A stretch of 24,000 nucleotides of DNA from an uncultured archaeon. Its GTDB lineage: Archaea > Nanobdellota > Nanobdellia > Pacearchaeales > GW2011-AR1. The first letter of the stretch is position 1, and the number at the start of each line of letters is the position of its first letter. A model generated the notes under the pieces. The model made no database searches, had not been told where the DNA came from, and saw only the letters and a list, made by a program, of their open reading frames with translations. Below, piece after piece: positions 7,112 through 15,849 of the stretch. The DNA lies in contig CAWJRC010000004.1 in the NCBI GenBank assembly GCA_963845205.1, positions 37,628 to 61,627 of the forward strand, written 5' to 3'. Made by a program: the position numbers and the translations under genes.

Positions 7112-7806
7112 AACAAAATTCTGCAATTAATAAAGCAATAATTTTTGATTCAGGAACTTTGATAAGCTTTGCAATAAGCGGACTGCTGAATGAATTCAGG
7201 GAGCTAAAAAAAATATTCGGCGGAAAATTCCTGATAACAAAACAGGTTATGGCCGAAGTTGTTGACAAACCCCTGCAGATAAAAAGATTTGAGCTTGAAG
7301 CATTAAAGATTAATGAACTCGTTACAGACAAAGTTTTGGAGCTTCCTGCTGAATTTGGGATAGATGACAAGACCATTGCCAAAATGACAGATAATATTCT
7401 TAATGTGGCAAATAATACTTTTTATGGGCACGGAAATGCTATGCAGATTATCCATCTTGGGGAAACATCATGCCTGGCTCTCAGCACTTTGCTTAATGAA
7501 AGAAAAATTGAGAATGTAATTTCTGTAGATGAAAGAACAGTAAGAATGCTCTGCGAGAAGCCCGAAAATCTTTCACTGCTGTTCCAAAAAAAACTTCATA
7601 CTGACATAAATGCTAAAAAAGAAAATTTCAGTTTTTTTGCAAAATTCAGATTTATACGCTCAACTGAACTTGTTTATATCGCTTACAAAAAAGGGATCGT
7701 AAAACTTAAGAATCCGAAGATCCTTGATGCACTGCTTTATGCGATGAAATTCAACGGCTGTGCAATTTCCGATGAGGAAATTCTTGAAATCGAAAAGATG
7801 GGATAA
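7108..7806 (+). CDS. PIN-domain-like protein
   Basis: 232 aa; IIFDSGTLISFAISG start, VMAEVVDKP, HLGETSCLAL and VISVDERTVR are compatible with PIN acidic positions. Confidence 0.7.
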   Translation: MKQNSAINKAIIFDSGTLISFAISGLLNEFRELKKIFGGKFLITKQVMAEVVDKPLQIKRFELEALKINELVTDKVLELPAEFGIDDKTIAKMTDNILNVANNTFYGHGNAMQIIHLGETSCLALSTLLNERKIENVISVDERTVRMLCEKPENLSLLFQKKLHTDINAKKENFSFFAKFRFIRSTELVYIAYKKGIVKLKNPKILDALLYAMKFNGCAISDEEILEIEKMG

Positions 7807-7813
7807 TATTAAA

Positions 7814-8575
7814 ATGAAAAAAGGAAATAACTCAATTGTAATAACTTCAATTATTGCAGGAACGATTATTGTGTTAGCTTTGCTGACTTTGCTTGTATTC
7901 ATTCCAATGTTTTCGACAGCTACAAATACTATAACTGTTGAAGGAACTTCAACAATCAAGGCAATGCCCGACCTTGTTGCTGTCTACTTTAACATACAGA
8001 CAAACGGAACAACAAGCTCAGCTGCAAATGACGCAAATACTGCAATTTATAACCAGCTTAAAAGTTCATTAATAAGTTTAGGCTTTAATGACAGCCAGAT
8101 TGGAACAGACAGCTACAGCATTTATCCAAATACTGTTTATGATAATACAGGAAAATCTTCAAGCAATGGCTATATCGCAGTGCATAGCGTTAAACTTGAA
8201 TTTTCTGCAAATGATACATCTCAGCTAAGCTCTGTGATTGATGCAGGGGCAAATGTAGGTGCAGGAGTTTCAACAATAGATTTTGAATTGAGCCCGGCTC
8301 TTCAAAGCCAGTATAAAGTGCAGGCTCTTCAGGCTGCTTCACAAGATGCAAAGATAAAAGCAGATGCTGTTGCAACAGGTTTCGGGAAAACTGCAGGCGT
8401 ATTGGTTTCTGTATCTGTAAACGATTTTAATTATGCACCCGGAGTAATCTATAATTCTGCATCAGGAGCTTCACCCATGTTAGCAAATGCAGGCGCAATT
8501 CAGGTTGCTACGAATCTTGTTCCGACAACACAGGATGTTACAGCAGATGTCAATGCAGTATACAGATTAGATTAA
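7814..8575 (+). CDS. SIMPL domain (DUF541) exported/membrane-anchored protein
   Basis: From ATG 7814: TM helix then NTITVEGTSTIKAMPDLVAVYFNIQTNGTT...; SIMPL pattern. The longer track ORF start at 7760 lies inside the preceding gene. Confidence 0.85.
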   Translation: MKKGNNSIVITSIIAGTIIVLALLTLLVFIPMFSTATNTITVEGTSTIKAMPDLVAVYFNIQTNGTTSSAANDANTAIYNQLKSSLISLGFNDSQIGTDSYSIYPNTVYDNTGKSSSNGYIAVHSVKLEFSANDTSQLSSVIDAGANVGAGVSTIDFELSPALQSQYKVQALQAASQDAKIKADAVATGFGKTAGVLVSVSVNDFNYAPGVIYNSASGASPMLANAGAIQVATNLVPTTQDVTADVNAVYRLD

Positions 8576-8577
8576 TT

Positions 8578-8853
8578 TTAACTGAACTTGCTTATTCTTT
8601 CCATCTTCGAAAATGGGAAAGGCCTTTTGTTCGAAACAAAAGTCATATACCTTATAAATTTGTACATTTCAGTGTTCCAATATTCACAGAATCCAGCTAA
8701 TCCTCTATTTCTTTTTCCGGTAAAAACAACAATAACCCAGTTTATCAAGGCAAGAATCCCAATTAATGCCTTCCAAACTCCGAGAATTATTCCGGTTACT
8801 ATCAAGACTAAAATCCTGAACCAAGCTTCTTTTCTTTCACTTTTTTTTGACAT
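8578..8853 (-). CDS. DUF4389-like membrane protein
   Basis: 91 aa; IGILALINWVIVVFTGKRNRGLAGFCEYWNTEMYKFIRYMTFVSNKRPFPF matches the DUF4389 pattern. Confidence 0.7.
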   Translation of the reverse strand: MSKKSERKEAWFRILVLIVTGIILGVWKALIGILALINWVIVVFTGKRNRGLAGFCEYWNTEMYKFIRYMTFVSNKRPFPFSKMERISKFS

Positions 8854-8938
8854 ATAACTAGATTTTTTTTTGATTTATAAATATGACCTATTTTATACGA
8901 TTCAAAACTTTTATAAACAAACATTTTATTTTCTTTTC

Positions 8939-9370
8939 ATGACAATTACAAACGGGGACAAAGTTACCCTTGATTATGAAGGAAGATTTGAAGACGGAGA
9001 AATCTTTGACAGCTCAAAGCATGAAGATCATTCACATCCATTAACTTTTACTGTCGGAGAACATCAAGTTATCCCAGGATTTGAGAACGCAGTTATTGGA
9101 ATGAAAATTGAGGAAGAAAAAGAATTTTCAATTCCGCCTGAAGAAGCATACGGAATGCCTGATGACAGATTATTTCAGGAAGTTCCTATGAATGTTTTGC
9201 CTTCTGATCCCGAACCTCAGGTAGGAATGACATTGGTTATGCAGACTCCTCAGGGAAATATTCCTGCCATGATTTCTGAAATTAAGGAAGATTCGGTAAT
9301 CCTAAATTTGAATCATCCTCTTGCAGGCAAGACTTTAATTTTCAAAATAAAGGTTCTGAAAGTCGAATAA
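8939..9370 (+). CDS. FKBP-type peptidyl-prolyl cis-trans isomerase
   Basis: From ATG 8939: NGDKVTLDYEGRFEDGEIFDSS...PLTFTVGEHQVIPGFENAVIGMKIEEEKEFSIPPEEAYG. The upstream extension to 8870 is unlikely. Confidence 0.92.
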   Translation: MTITNGDKVTLDYEGRFEDGEIFDSSKHEDHSHPLTFTVGEHQVIPGFENAVIGMKIEEEKEFSIPPEEAYGMPDDRLFQEVPMNVLPSDPEPQVGMTLVMQTPQGNIPAMISEIKEDSVILNLNHPLAGKTLIFKIKVLKVE

Positions 9371-9420
9371 TTCTTTATAAGTCAAAAGGATTAAAAATAG
9401 ATTTCTTCTAATAATTTTAA

Positions 9421-9491
9421 GGGTGCATAGGCTAATGGTAGACTGGCTGCCTCCAGAGCAGCATATGGGGGTTCGATTCCCTCTGTGCCCA
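9421..9491 (+). tRNA. tRNA-Trp (anticodon CCA), intronless
   Basis: Acceptor GGGTGCA/TGTGCCC; anticodon stem GCTGC/GCAGC with loop CTCCAGA; T arm GGGGG-TTCGATT-CCCTC; discriminator A. Confidence 0.88.
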
Positions 9492-9525
9492 TAAGTGTTA
9501 AAAATAAGCATTATTTGATTATTAT

Positions 9526-9894
9526 ATGAAGAGAGGAGTAAAATCTGTAAATAAAAATGCAGTCAAGCAAAAAGAGCTTTTAATAATATTTTTAATTATA
9601 CTGATCTGCCTTATTTTTTTGGTCGCATTTTTTGCATTTGATTCATACAAGGATTATTCTTCATTTAGAATCTATAAAAATTATCTAAAAAATAACTCTT
9701 CCATTGAAATACAATCATGGATGACCCCTTATACTGTTTTAAGACATTTTAATATAACACAGGAAGATTTATTCAAGACATTGAATACGACTAACAGCAC
9801 TTTAAATTTTAGAAAACAAATCTCTTCTATCTGTTCAGAGAAAAAGGAAAACTGCACTTTAATTGTAGAAGAATTAAACAGCAAGGTGAAATAA
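9526..9894 (+). CDS. Hypothetical single-TM membrane protein
   Basis: 122 aa; N-terminal basic stretch plus strong TM (LLIIFLIILICLIFLVAFFAF), start ATG close to the tRNA, overlaps the next gene start by 1 nt. Confidence 0.6.
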   Translation: MKRGVKSVNKNAVKQKELLIIFLIILICLIFLVAFFAFDSYKDYSSFRIYKNYLKNNSSIEIQSWMTPYTVLRHFNITQEDLFKTLNTTNSTLNFRKQISSICSEKKENCTLIVEELNSKVK

Positions 9895-10532
9895 TGTTAA
9901 TGGATCTTTCTGCATTGTTAAACAATGCATACAGTTATGCTGGCCTGTTTCTTCTGGTCTTCGCTTCTTCTGTTGTGCTTATACCCTGGACCAGCGTGTT
10001 TGTAGCCTCATTTGCCGCTTTTGTAAAAAGCGTAAACGGGCTTATTTACTTGAGCTTATTTGTTTTAGTCGCAAGCATTCTCGGAGATTTGTCTGTTTAT
10101 TTTGTAACAAGAAAATTTTCTAACCCTGTAGAGAAATGGCTGAAAAGATTTAAGTGGTATTCAAAGAATCAGGAAAAAATCAGGAATACACTGAACAAAT
10201 ACAGTTTCATATTCATTTTCCTAACAAGATTTTTGATTACAGGGGCAGGGCTGGTCTTAAACTATATAAGCGGTATAGAAAAGGTAGAGAGAAAGAAATT
10301 TATCAGTGCAGTAATTCTCGGGCAGATAGTAGCTGTACTGATGGCTACTTTGACCGGATATTTGTTCAAAGATACATGGACAGTACTTCTGGATGCTATA
10401 CAAGACTCCTTGATTACACTTTTTATATTCTTAATATCTGTATTCTTAATATACCAAATAATAAAATTCTATAAAAAAAGAAAAAAGGAGATTATGAGAG
10501 ATCTTGCTATTCTGGGGGAAATTATTCCTTAA
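9894..10532 (+). CDS. DedA/VTT-domain membrane protein
   Basis: 212 aa; multi-TM, GDLSVYFVTRKFS, FIFLTRFLITGAGLVLNYISGIEKVERKKFISAVILGQIV. Confidence 0.75.
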   Translation: MLMDLSALLNNAYSYAGLFLLVFASSVVLIPWTSVFVASFAAFVKSVNGLIYLSLFVLVASILGDLSVYFVTRKFSNPVEKWLKRFKWYSKNQEKIRNTLNKYSFIFIFLTRFLITGAGLVLNYISGIEKVERKKFISAVILGQIVAVLMATLTGYLFKDTWTVLLDAIQDSLITLFIFLISVFLIYQIIKFYKKRKKEIMRDLAILGEIIP

Positions 10533-10574
10533 TTTCCGATAAGCATATAAATATTATTTTTTGTTAATTACAAT

Positions 10575-11162
10575 ATGGCCCCTGAAGAAATAATTAGCAT
10601 AAATAAAAGCAGTACTGCTCTCGTAATTATAGATTTGCAGAGAGGCATAACCGGAAGGAAGACTGCGCCTTATGACTCGGATGTTGTAATTTCAAATGCT
10701 GCAAGTCTTGCAGAAGAATTCAGAAGGAATAAAATGCCTGTATTCTTGGTGCATGTAGTTGCAAATGAATTTGACAGGCTCAAACCAGTAGCAGATGATT
10801 CCATGAGGATGACAGGACCGATGCCAAAAGACTGGGCAGATTTTGTGCCGGAGTTAAATCTAACTTCTGAAGACATAATAATAACAAAGAAACAGTGGGG
10901 GGCATTTTATGGAACTGATCTTGATCTGCAATTAAGAAGGAGAAAAATAGATACAATAGTATTATGCGGAATATCCACCAATATAGGCGTTGAGAGCACT
11001 GCGCGATTTGCATATGAATACGGATATAACCAAATCTTTGTTGAAGATGCCATGACTGCTATGCTTGAAGAAGAACATAACAACACTGTAAATTATATAT
11101 TCAAAAAAATCGGGCTGGTAAGAAAAACTGATGATATAATCCAAAGTTTGCAATTTGAATAA
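10575..11162 (+). CDS. Isochorismatase-like cysteine hydrolase
   Basis: 195 aa; ALVIIDLQRG (Asp), ITKKQWGAFYGTDLD (Lys), VLCGISTNIGVESTARFAYEYGY (Cys). Confidence 0.9.
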   Translation: MAPEEIISINKSSTALVIIDLQRGITGRKTAPYDSDVVISNAASLAEEFRRNKMPVFLVHVVANEFDRLKPVADDSMRMTGPMPKDWADFVPELNLTSEDIIITKKQWGAFYGTDLDLQLRRRKIDTIVLCGISTNIGVESTARFAYEYGYNQIFVEDAMTAMLEEEHNNTVNYIFKKIGLVRKTDDIIQSLQFE

Positions 11163-11193
11163 TTTATAAATCTCAAAAACTTTATGCCTCAAG

Positions 11194-11955
11194 ATGATTT
11201 CATTATTTCAGGCTTTTATTTACAGCATTGTTCAGGGAATAACAGAGTGGCTTCCTGTTAGCAGCTCTGCGCATATAGCTCTCCTACAAAATATTTTCGG
11301 ATTTCAGAGCCTTCCGTTTATTGTATTTCTCCAATTTGCCAGCATTCTCGCAGTTATTTTTGTATTCTGGAAGGATATTATAAAATTGTTTAATTTCAAG
11401 AATAAAGAAAATCTGAAATATTGGGGACTACTGATTGTAGCTTTAATCCCTGTTGTAATTGTAGGGTACTTCTTCGAACATCTTAGACTGCAGCTTTCAA
11501 CTTTTTTCTATATGGGAATATTTTTCATGATAAGCGGGGTCATTGTTTATTCAACTAAATTCATGCATCATAAAGAAGGAAAAAAATTGAATTGGCTTGA
11601 TTCTATTTTTATCGGATTAGTCCAGGTTATTTCACTTTTTCCCGGCATTTCAAGGAGCGGTTCAACAATCTCTGCAGGAATGTTCAGGGGAATAAAGCGG
11701 GAAGATGCCGTGAAATTCTCATTTCTTCTCGCAATTCCAACAATACTCGGAGCTTCTGTATTTGAAGTAGGGAAACTTGCTTTGCAAAATATTAGTTATT
11801 CTGTTTTAATCGGGACTTTTATCATCACATTTATTGTGAGCATAGTTGCAATAAAAATACTTTTAAGAATTGTAAAGAGCGATAAGTTTTACCTCTTCGG
11901 CATTTATGACTTCATTATTGGATTAGCAGCACTTACATATTCTTTAATTCATTAA
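11194..11955 (+). CDS. uppP: Undecaprenyl-diphosphatase UppP/BacA
   Basis: 253 aa; QGITEWLPVSSSAHI and LFPGISRSGSTISAGMFRG motifs. Confidence 0.94.
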   Translation: MISLFQAFIYSIVQGITEWLPVSSSAHIALLQNIFGFQSLPFIVFLQFASILAVIFVFWKDIIKLFNFKNKENLKYWGLLIVALIPVVIVGYFFEHLRLQLSTFFYMGIFFMISGVIVYSTKFMHHKEGKKLNWLDSIFIGLVQVISLFPGISRSGSTISAGMFRGIKREDAVKFSFLLAIPTILGASVFEVGKLALQNISYSVLIGTFIITFIVSIVAIKILLRIVKSDKFYLFGIYDFIIGLAALTYSLIH

Positions 11956-12558
11956 TTATTTCAAAAGTAGCTTTTTCTTGAAATGTTCTTCACCCACTTT
12001 CCAGATACCATAAGTAATGAACAAAGCTCCGACAATATCAATTGTATAATGCCCCTTGCTTAATATTAGGGAGATTATTTCAAGTATCGTGAGAATGAAG
12101 AGATAAATTTTCCATTTTTTTGATTTACTATTCAGCGTAAATAAGAACAGCAAGAATATTGTTCCGACATGCCCGCTTGGGAACATTGCACCGCTAGGCA
12201 TAAGCACAAAGTTAAGGCCTCCGGGATTCGGTGCCGGATTTGCTAAGGGGGTAACATAAACAAGTGCCGCCCTTATAAGAGCATAAGTTCCTATCATCAC
12301 GGCATAAAATGGAAGTTCTTTCCATTTTTTTTCTGAAAATAAAAAAATAATAAAAGAAGCAATTGCAAGAAGAACTAGAACATCGCACAGCCATAATATA
12401 TTCAGATAAGGAGTGTGATCAAGTATGAAATCCGGGATAATTGTAAGGTTTGGAGGATAAAACTTAGAGATATTCAGGGCAATATATTCCTCTATGCCCA
12501 GAGAAATAATCATGAAAATAAATGCCAGAATTAATTTTTTTATGTTTTCCTTTTTCAT
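11956..12558 (-). CDS. PAP2-superfamily phosphatase/transferase, sphingomyelin-synthase-like (PAP2_C-like) C-terminal motif
   Basis: 200 aa, multi-TM; FPSGHVGTIF and LSKGHYTIDIVGALFITYGIW (H...H..xxD arrangement). Confidence 0.75.
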   Translation of the reverse strand: MKKENIKKLILAFIFMIISLGIEEYIALNISKFYPPNLTIIPDFILDHTPYLNILWLCDVLVLLAIASFIIFLFSEKKWKELPFYAVMIGTYALIRAALVYVTPLANPAPNPGGLNFVLMPSGAMFPSGHVGTIFLLFLFTLNSKSKKWKIYLFILTILEIISLILSKGHYTIDIVGALFITYGIWKVGEEHFKKKLLLK

Positions 12559-12620
12559 GTTAAATCATAGGGAATTAAAAAATATAACCTTTATAATCTT
12601 GATGGAAGAAAGGTCCCTGT

Positions 12621-13679
12621 TCAGTCTTTTATATGGTTAATTTTTTCAAGAATGTCTTCAGACTTTTCTTCTCCGAAAAAAGGAATCAACTCTTCTTTTT
12701 TTAGATCTAATATTGAGGCTAAATTCTTAAAATTCTTCACAAGAACACCAATATCCTCTTCTGAAATTCCTGTCCTCTCTAAAATCCTGTGCCCTTTGGC
12801 CAATGCAACTTCTGATTCATCTGACAGGCCCAAACACTGCCTGATATTTTCAATTTCCAATAATTCTTCATAGCTTAATGAGTAAAGAATTTTTTTTGAT
12901 TTTGAAAATCCTATTTTTGAATAATCTTTTACAACTTCATCAACTTCTTTTTCAACGTGATATAACAGTTCCTTTAACCTGGACCTTACTATTATGCCTT
13001 CTACCCCGAGTTCAATAAGATAGCCCTTCATTGTTTCTGAGATTTTAAGAATCATAACCCCCCTCTGTATAAGCAACAGCGCCCTGGTCAGCTTGGGTTT
13101 CTTCTTTAATTCTTCCAGATCCAGCTCATTTTTGTTCTCGTCAAAAATATCCCTGTGCTTCTCAAGGATCTGCAATGTTCCTGTAGCCCTTCTTATAATG
13201 TCATTTGTGTCTTTTATCACATATTTGAGATTTTTATAAAACAAGGAAATCTCGTCTCTTCTCTGAGAGACTGCAATTACAATTGTCCCGGCCTGTTTTG
13301 CGGTTCTCTCTGCTGCCTTATGCCTTGTTCCTGTTTCATTTGAAGGTATTGAATTGTTTGGCGTAAAAAGAACATTTGCGTAAAGAATTTTTTTAAAATC
13401 CTTAGAAAGAATTATGCCTCCGTCCATCTTGCACAATTCAATAACTCTCTGGGGGGTGAATCTTGAATTAATCTTAAACCCGCCCTCAAAAATATTTTCA
13501 ACTGAATCGTTATGGGCGACTATTATCCCTCCGGTTTTTGCTTTCTGGACGCCTTCAATGGCTGTCCTGAGCAATGTTCCTGGAGATATTAATTTCAGAA
13601 CATCTGTAATCTCTTCTTTCTTAATCTCTTCTTTTTTCTCTACCAGCTTTATCTGAATTTCTTTTTTTTCCTCTTCCAT
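12621..13679 (-). CDS. disA: DisA-type diadenylate cyclase (c-di-AMP synthase)
   Basis: From ATG 13679: DAC domain MDGGIILSKDFKKILYANVLF...IPSNETGTRHKAAERTAKQAGTIVIAVSQRR, helical linker, C-terminal HhH-like region. Track extension to 13706 not required. Confidence 0.9.
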   Translation of the reverse strand: MEEEKKEIQIKLVEKKEEIKKEEITDVLKLISPGTLLRTAIEGVQKAKTGGIIVAHNDSVENIFEGGFKINSRFTPQRVIELCKMDGGIILSKDFKKILYANVLFTPNNSIPSNETGTRHKAAERTAKQAGTIVIAVSQRRDEISLFYKNLKYVIKDTNDIIRRATGTLQILEKHRDIFDENKNELDLEELKKKPKLTRALLLIQRGVMILKISETMKGYLIELGVEGIIVRSRLKELLYHVEKEVDEVVKDYSKIGFSKSKKILYSLSYEELLEIENIRQCLGLSDESEVALAKGHRILERTGISEEDIGVLVKNFKNLASILDLKKEELIPFFGEEKSEDILEKINHIKD

Positions 13680-13756
13680 TTTAAAACGAAAAAAGTATAA
13701 CAGCATTCTTTAAATATTTTTATGTGAATTAATCAGTGAAAATCGGGCAAGAAAAT

Positions 13757-14497
13757 TCAGCCGGTCAGATTTTTTATTTTTCCGAAATGATAAGATTCAT
13801 CTTCCCCGATTACGTAAACATCGAAATTCATAAGGCTCTTTTTCGGGATTATTGAAAAATAATCCTCATACTCGTATTCCAAAGAGTTTACAGATGTTCC
13901 TTCTGTTGTTGCAAGAAAGCTTGGGAGAATTATCACTTCTTTAGTCTTGAATTTGCCGATGAGAAAGCATTTGTATTTTTCCTTTTTTATCTGGCTTTTT
14001 TCTGTAAGCGTAATCGAGGGGTGAAGATGTCCCATAACAATTATTTTTATTTTCTTGTCAAGGATTTCTGGAAAAAGCTCATGCCCGTGAGTAAAAATAA
14101 TGTCATGGTCAATATAATAATCCTGCAGCCTGTCTGAAAAAGAATAATCAATTGTGTCATGATTCCCCTTTATCAGAATTATGTCTTTATCATCAATGTA
14201 TTCCCTGAGAAATCTCAGGATTTCGTTAAAATAATTTTTTTCCTTCCATTCATAGGAAAATGAATGTTTTATATCTCCTATAAAAATTATTTTTTTTAAT
14301 TCCAGCTTTCTTTTTTTTAGTTCGTTGAAAGTATCTCTTAGCTCATCTTTAATTTCCTTTACCTGAGTTTCCGGGACAAGAATTCCTGACTGCTGAAACC
14401 GGTATTCATAACCCAGATGCAGATCTCCAACTGCCAAAATTCCTTTTTTAGGGAAAAATAAGGTTTTTCCGATGAAGATATAATCCTGTTTTTTCAT
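13757..14497 (-). CDS. Archaeal ICC-like calcineurin-type metallophosphoesterase
   Basis: 246 aa; AVGDLHLGYE, IFIGDIKHSFS, LIKGNHDTI, THGHELF, VMGHLHPSI. Confidence 0.88.
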   Translation of the reverse strand: MKKQDYIFIGKTLFFPKKGILAVGDLHLGYEYRFQQSGILVPETQVKEIKDELRDTFNELKKRKLELKKIIFIGDIKHSFSYEWKEKNYFNEILRFLREYIDDKDIILIKGNHDTIDYSFSDRLQDYYIDHDIIFTHGHELFPEILDKKIKIIVMGHLHPSITLTEKSQIKKEKYKCFLIGKFKTKEVIILPSFLATTEGTSVNSLEYEYEDYFSIIPKKSLMNFDVYVIGEDESYHFGKIKNLTG

Positions 14498-14547
14498 GTT
14501 TTTAAGAAGAGGGCAATATTTTTAAATCTTAAACTGCCATTAAAAAT

Positions 14548-14700
14548 ATGGTTTGCCTAAACAAAATTCTGCAGGATCAGCCGGAATTAAAAATTGCTGA
14601 AAAAGGAATCAAAGGAGAAGAAAATTTTTATATCTCGTGCCAGTTGTGTAATGGGTATAATACTTCCTGTTCTGAATATACTTTTAAGAAGAAAGAATAA
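14548..14700 (+). CDS. Small Cys-containing protein (50 aa), hypothetical
   Basis: Manually translated: MVCLNKILQDQPELKIAEKGIKGEENFYISCQLCNGYNTSCSEYTFKKKE; fills an otherwise empty gap, CxxC plus extra Cys. Confidence 0.45.
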   Translation: MVCLNKILQDQPELKIAEKGIKGEENFYISCQLCNGYNTSCSEYTFKKKE

Positions 14701-14737
14701 TCCTAAAATTAATAAACTCCCGAGATTATTTATCTGA

Positions 14738-15445
14738 ATGAAGAGGTGGAGAAAAGCCAGAAAAGCTGAGCCGCATTCAAAGATAGGCGCTTTGTTTAAT
14801 GAATTTATTCTAGGCGGGCAGGATGGGTTAGTAAATGTTCTTGGAATTATTCTTGGAGTATCGACAGCGTCTGCTAATATTCAACTTGCGATAGTTGCAG
14901 GACTTGCTGCTACATTTGCCGAAGGTTTCTCAATGGGAGCTGTTGCTTATACCTCCTCTAAAACAGAAGAAAGTTATTACCTAAGCCAGGAAGAAAAAGA
15001 AAAGAAGGAGATGAGAGAAGAACCAGACGAAGAAAGAAAAGAAATTTATGACATTTATCACAAAAAAGGATTCAGGGGAAAGCTTCTGAATGATATTGTA
15101 AGGCATATCACTTCTAACAATGATCTATGGCTTAATACAATGATGACAGATGAATTAAAACTAGAAAAGGATTGTATGAATCCAATAAAAAAAGCTTTAG
15201 TTGTCGGACTGGCTACAATAACCGGAAGCATAATCCCAATAATTCCTCTCTTCCTTTTTCCACTCCCTATGGCGATATATTGCTCTGTAATCATTTCTGC
15301 TATTGCATTATTTGTAACAGGAGCTCTTGAAGCTAAGATTAATGTCGGTAAATGGATAAAAAAAGGAATACAACTTATGCTAATCGGGATGGTTGCTGCA
15401 GTAATTGGTTTTGTTATAGGAAAATTACTTGGAGTTAGCGTATAA
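14738..15445 (+). CDS. VIT1/CCC1 family metal (Fe/Mn) transporter
   Basis: 235 aa; EFILGGQDGLVNVLGIILGVSTASAN, FAEGFSMGAVAYTSSKTE; five TM layout. Confidence 0.88.
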   Translation: MKRWRKARKAEPHSKIGALFNEFILGGQDGLVNVLGIILGVSTASANIQLAIVAGLAATFAEGFSMGAVAYTSSKTEESYYLSQEEKEKKEMREEPDEERKEIYDIYHKKGFRGKLLNDIVRHITSNNDLWLNTMMTDELKLEKDCMNPIKKALVVGLATITGSIIPIIPLFLFPLPMAIYCSVIISAIALFVTGALEAKINVGKWIKKGIQLMLIGMVAAVIGFVIGKLLGVSV

Positions 15446-15512
15446 AATTTTATAATTTACCAAGTAAGAATTAATATTCTTAGAACAATCTGAATATATC
15501 CCAATTCTTTCT

Positions 15513-15764
15513 TCATTTTATTTTCTCCTTCATCACTGATTTCCAGATTTTTATAAAAAGCAACGCTATCAAATACCCAATTATGAATGTAATAGATGTT
15601 ACTAAGATTATATTAAAAATCAGAGTTAAACCTGTTACATGAAAATATAAATTACCAGAATAACTAAAATTGAATATTCTGTCAGATATAATTTTTCCTA
15701 AGGAAGGATCTCCTCCTATTGAAGAAAGAACAGCCCATATTACATTAATAATTGCAAGATACAA
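15513..15764 (-). CDS. Hypothetical two/three-TM membrane protein (start uncertain)
   Basis: 83 aa, TTG start; frame continues upstream to a stop at 15804-15806 without an ATG. Confidence 0.4.
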   Translation of the reverse strand: MYLAIINVIWAVLSSIGGDPSLGKIISDRIFNFSYSGNLYFHVTGLTLIFNIILVTSITFIIGYLIALLFIKIWKSVMKEKIK

Positions 15765-15849
15765 TCCGATTACAAAGGCAAAGATTTCAATTTCATAGGT
15801 TATTTAACTATTATTTATTTAAGAATTTATTGTTAAAAATTCAATAAAA

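Noticed and set aside
7660-7959. 99-aa minus-strand ORF
   Set aside because: Overlaps two well supported + strand genes (PIN-like and SIMPL).
10154-10474. 106-aa + strand ORF
   Set aside because: Out-of-frame within the DedA/VTT gene, which has clear TM architecture in its own frame.
10670-11192. Minus-strand ORFs inside the isochorismatase-like gene
   Set aside because: Shadow frames of a gene with intact catalytic motifs.
12652-13656. + strand ORFs at 12652, 13155 and 13414
   Set aside because: Antisense shadows of disA.
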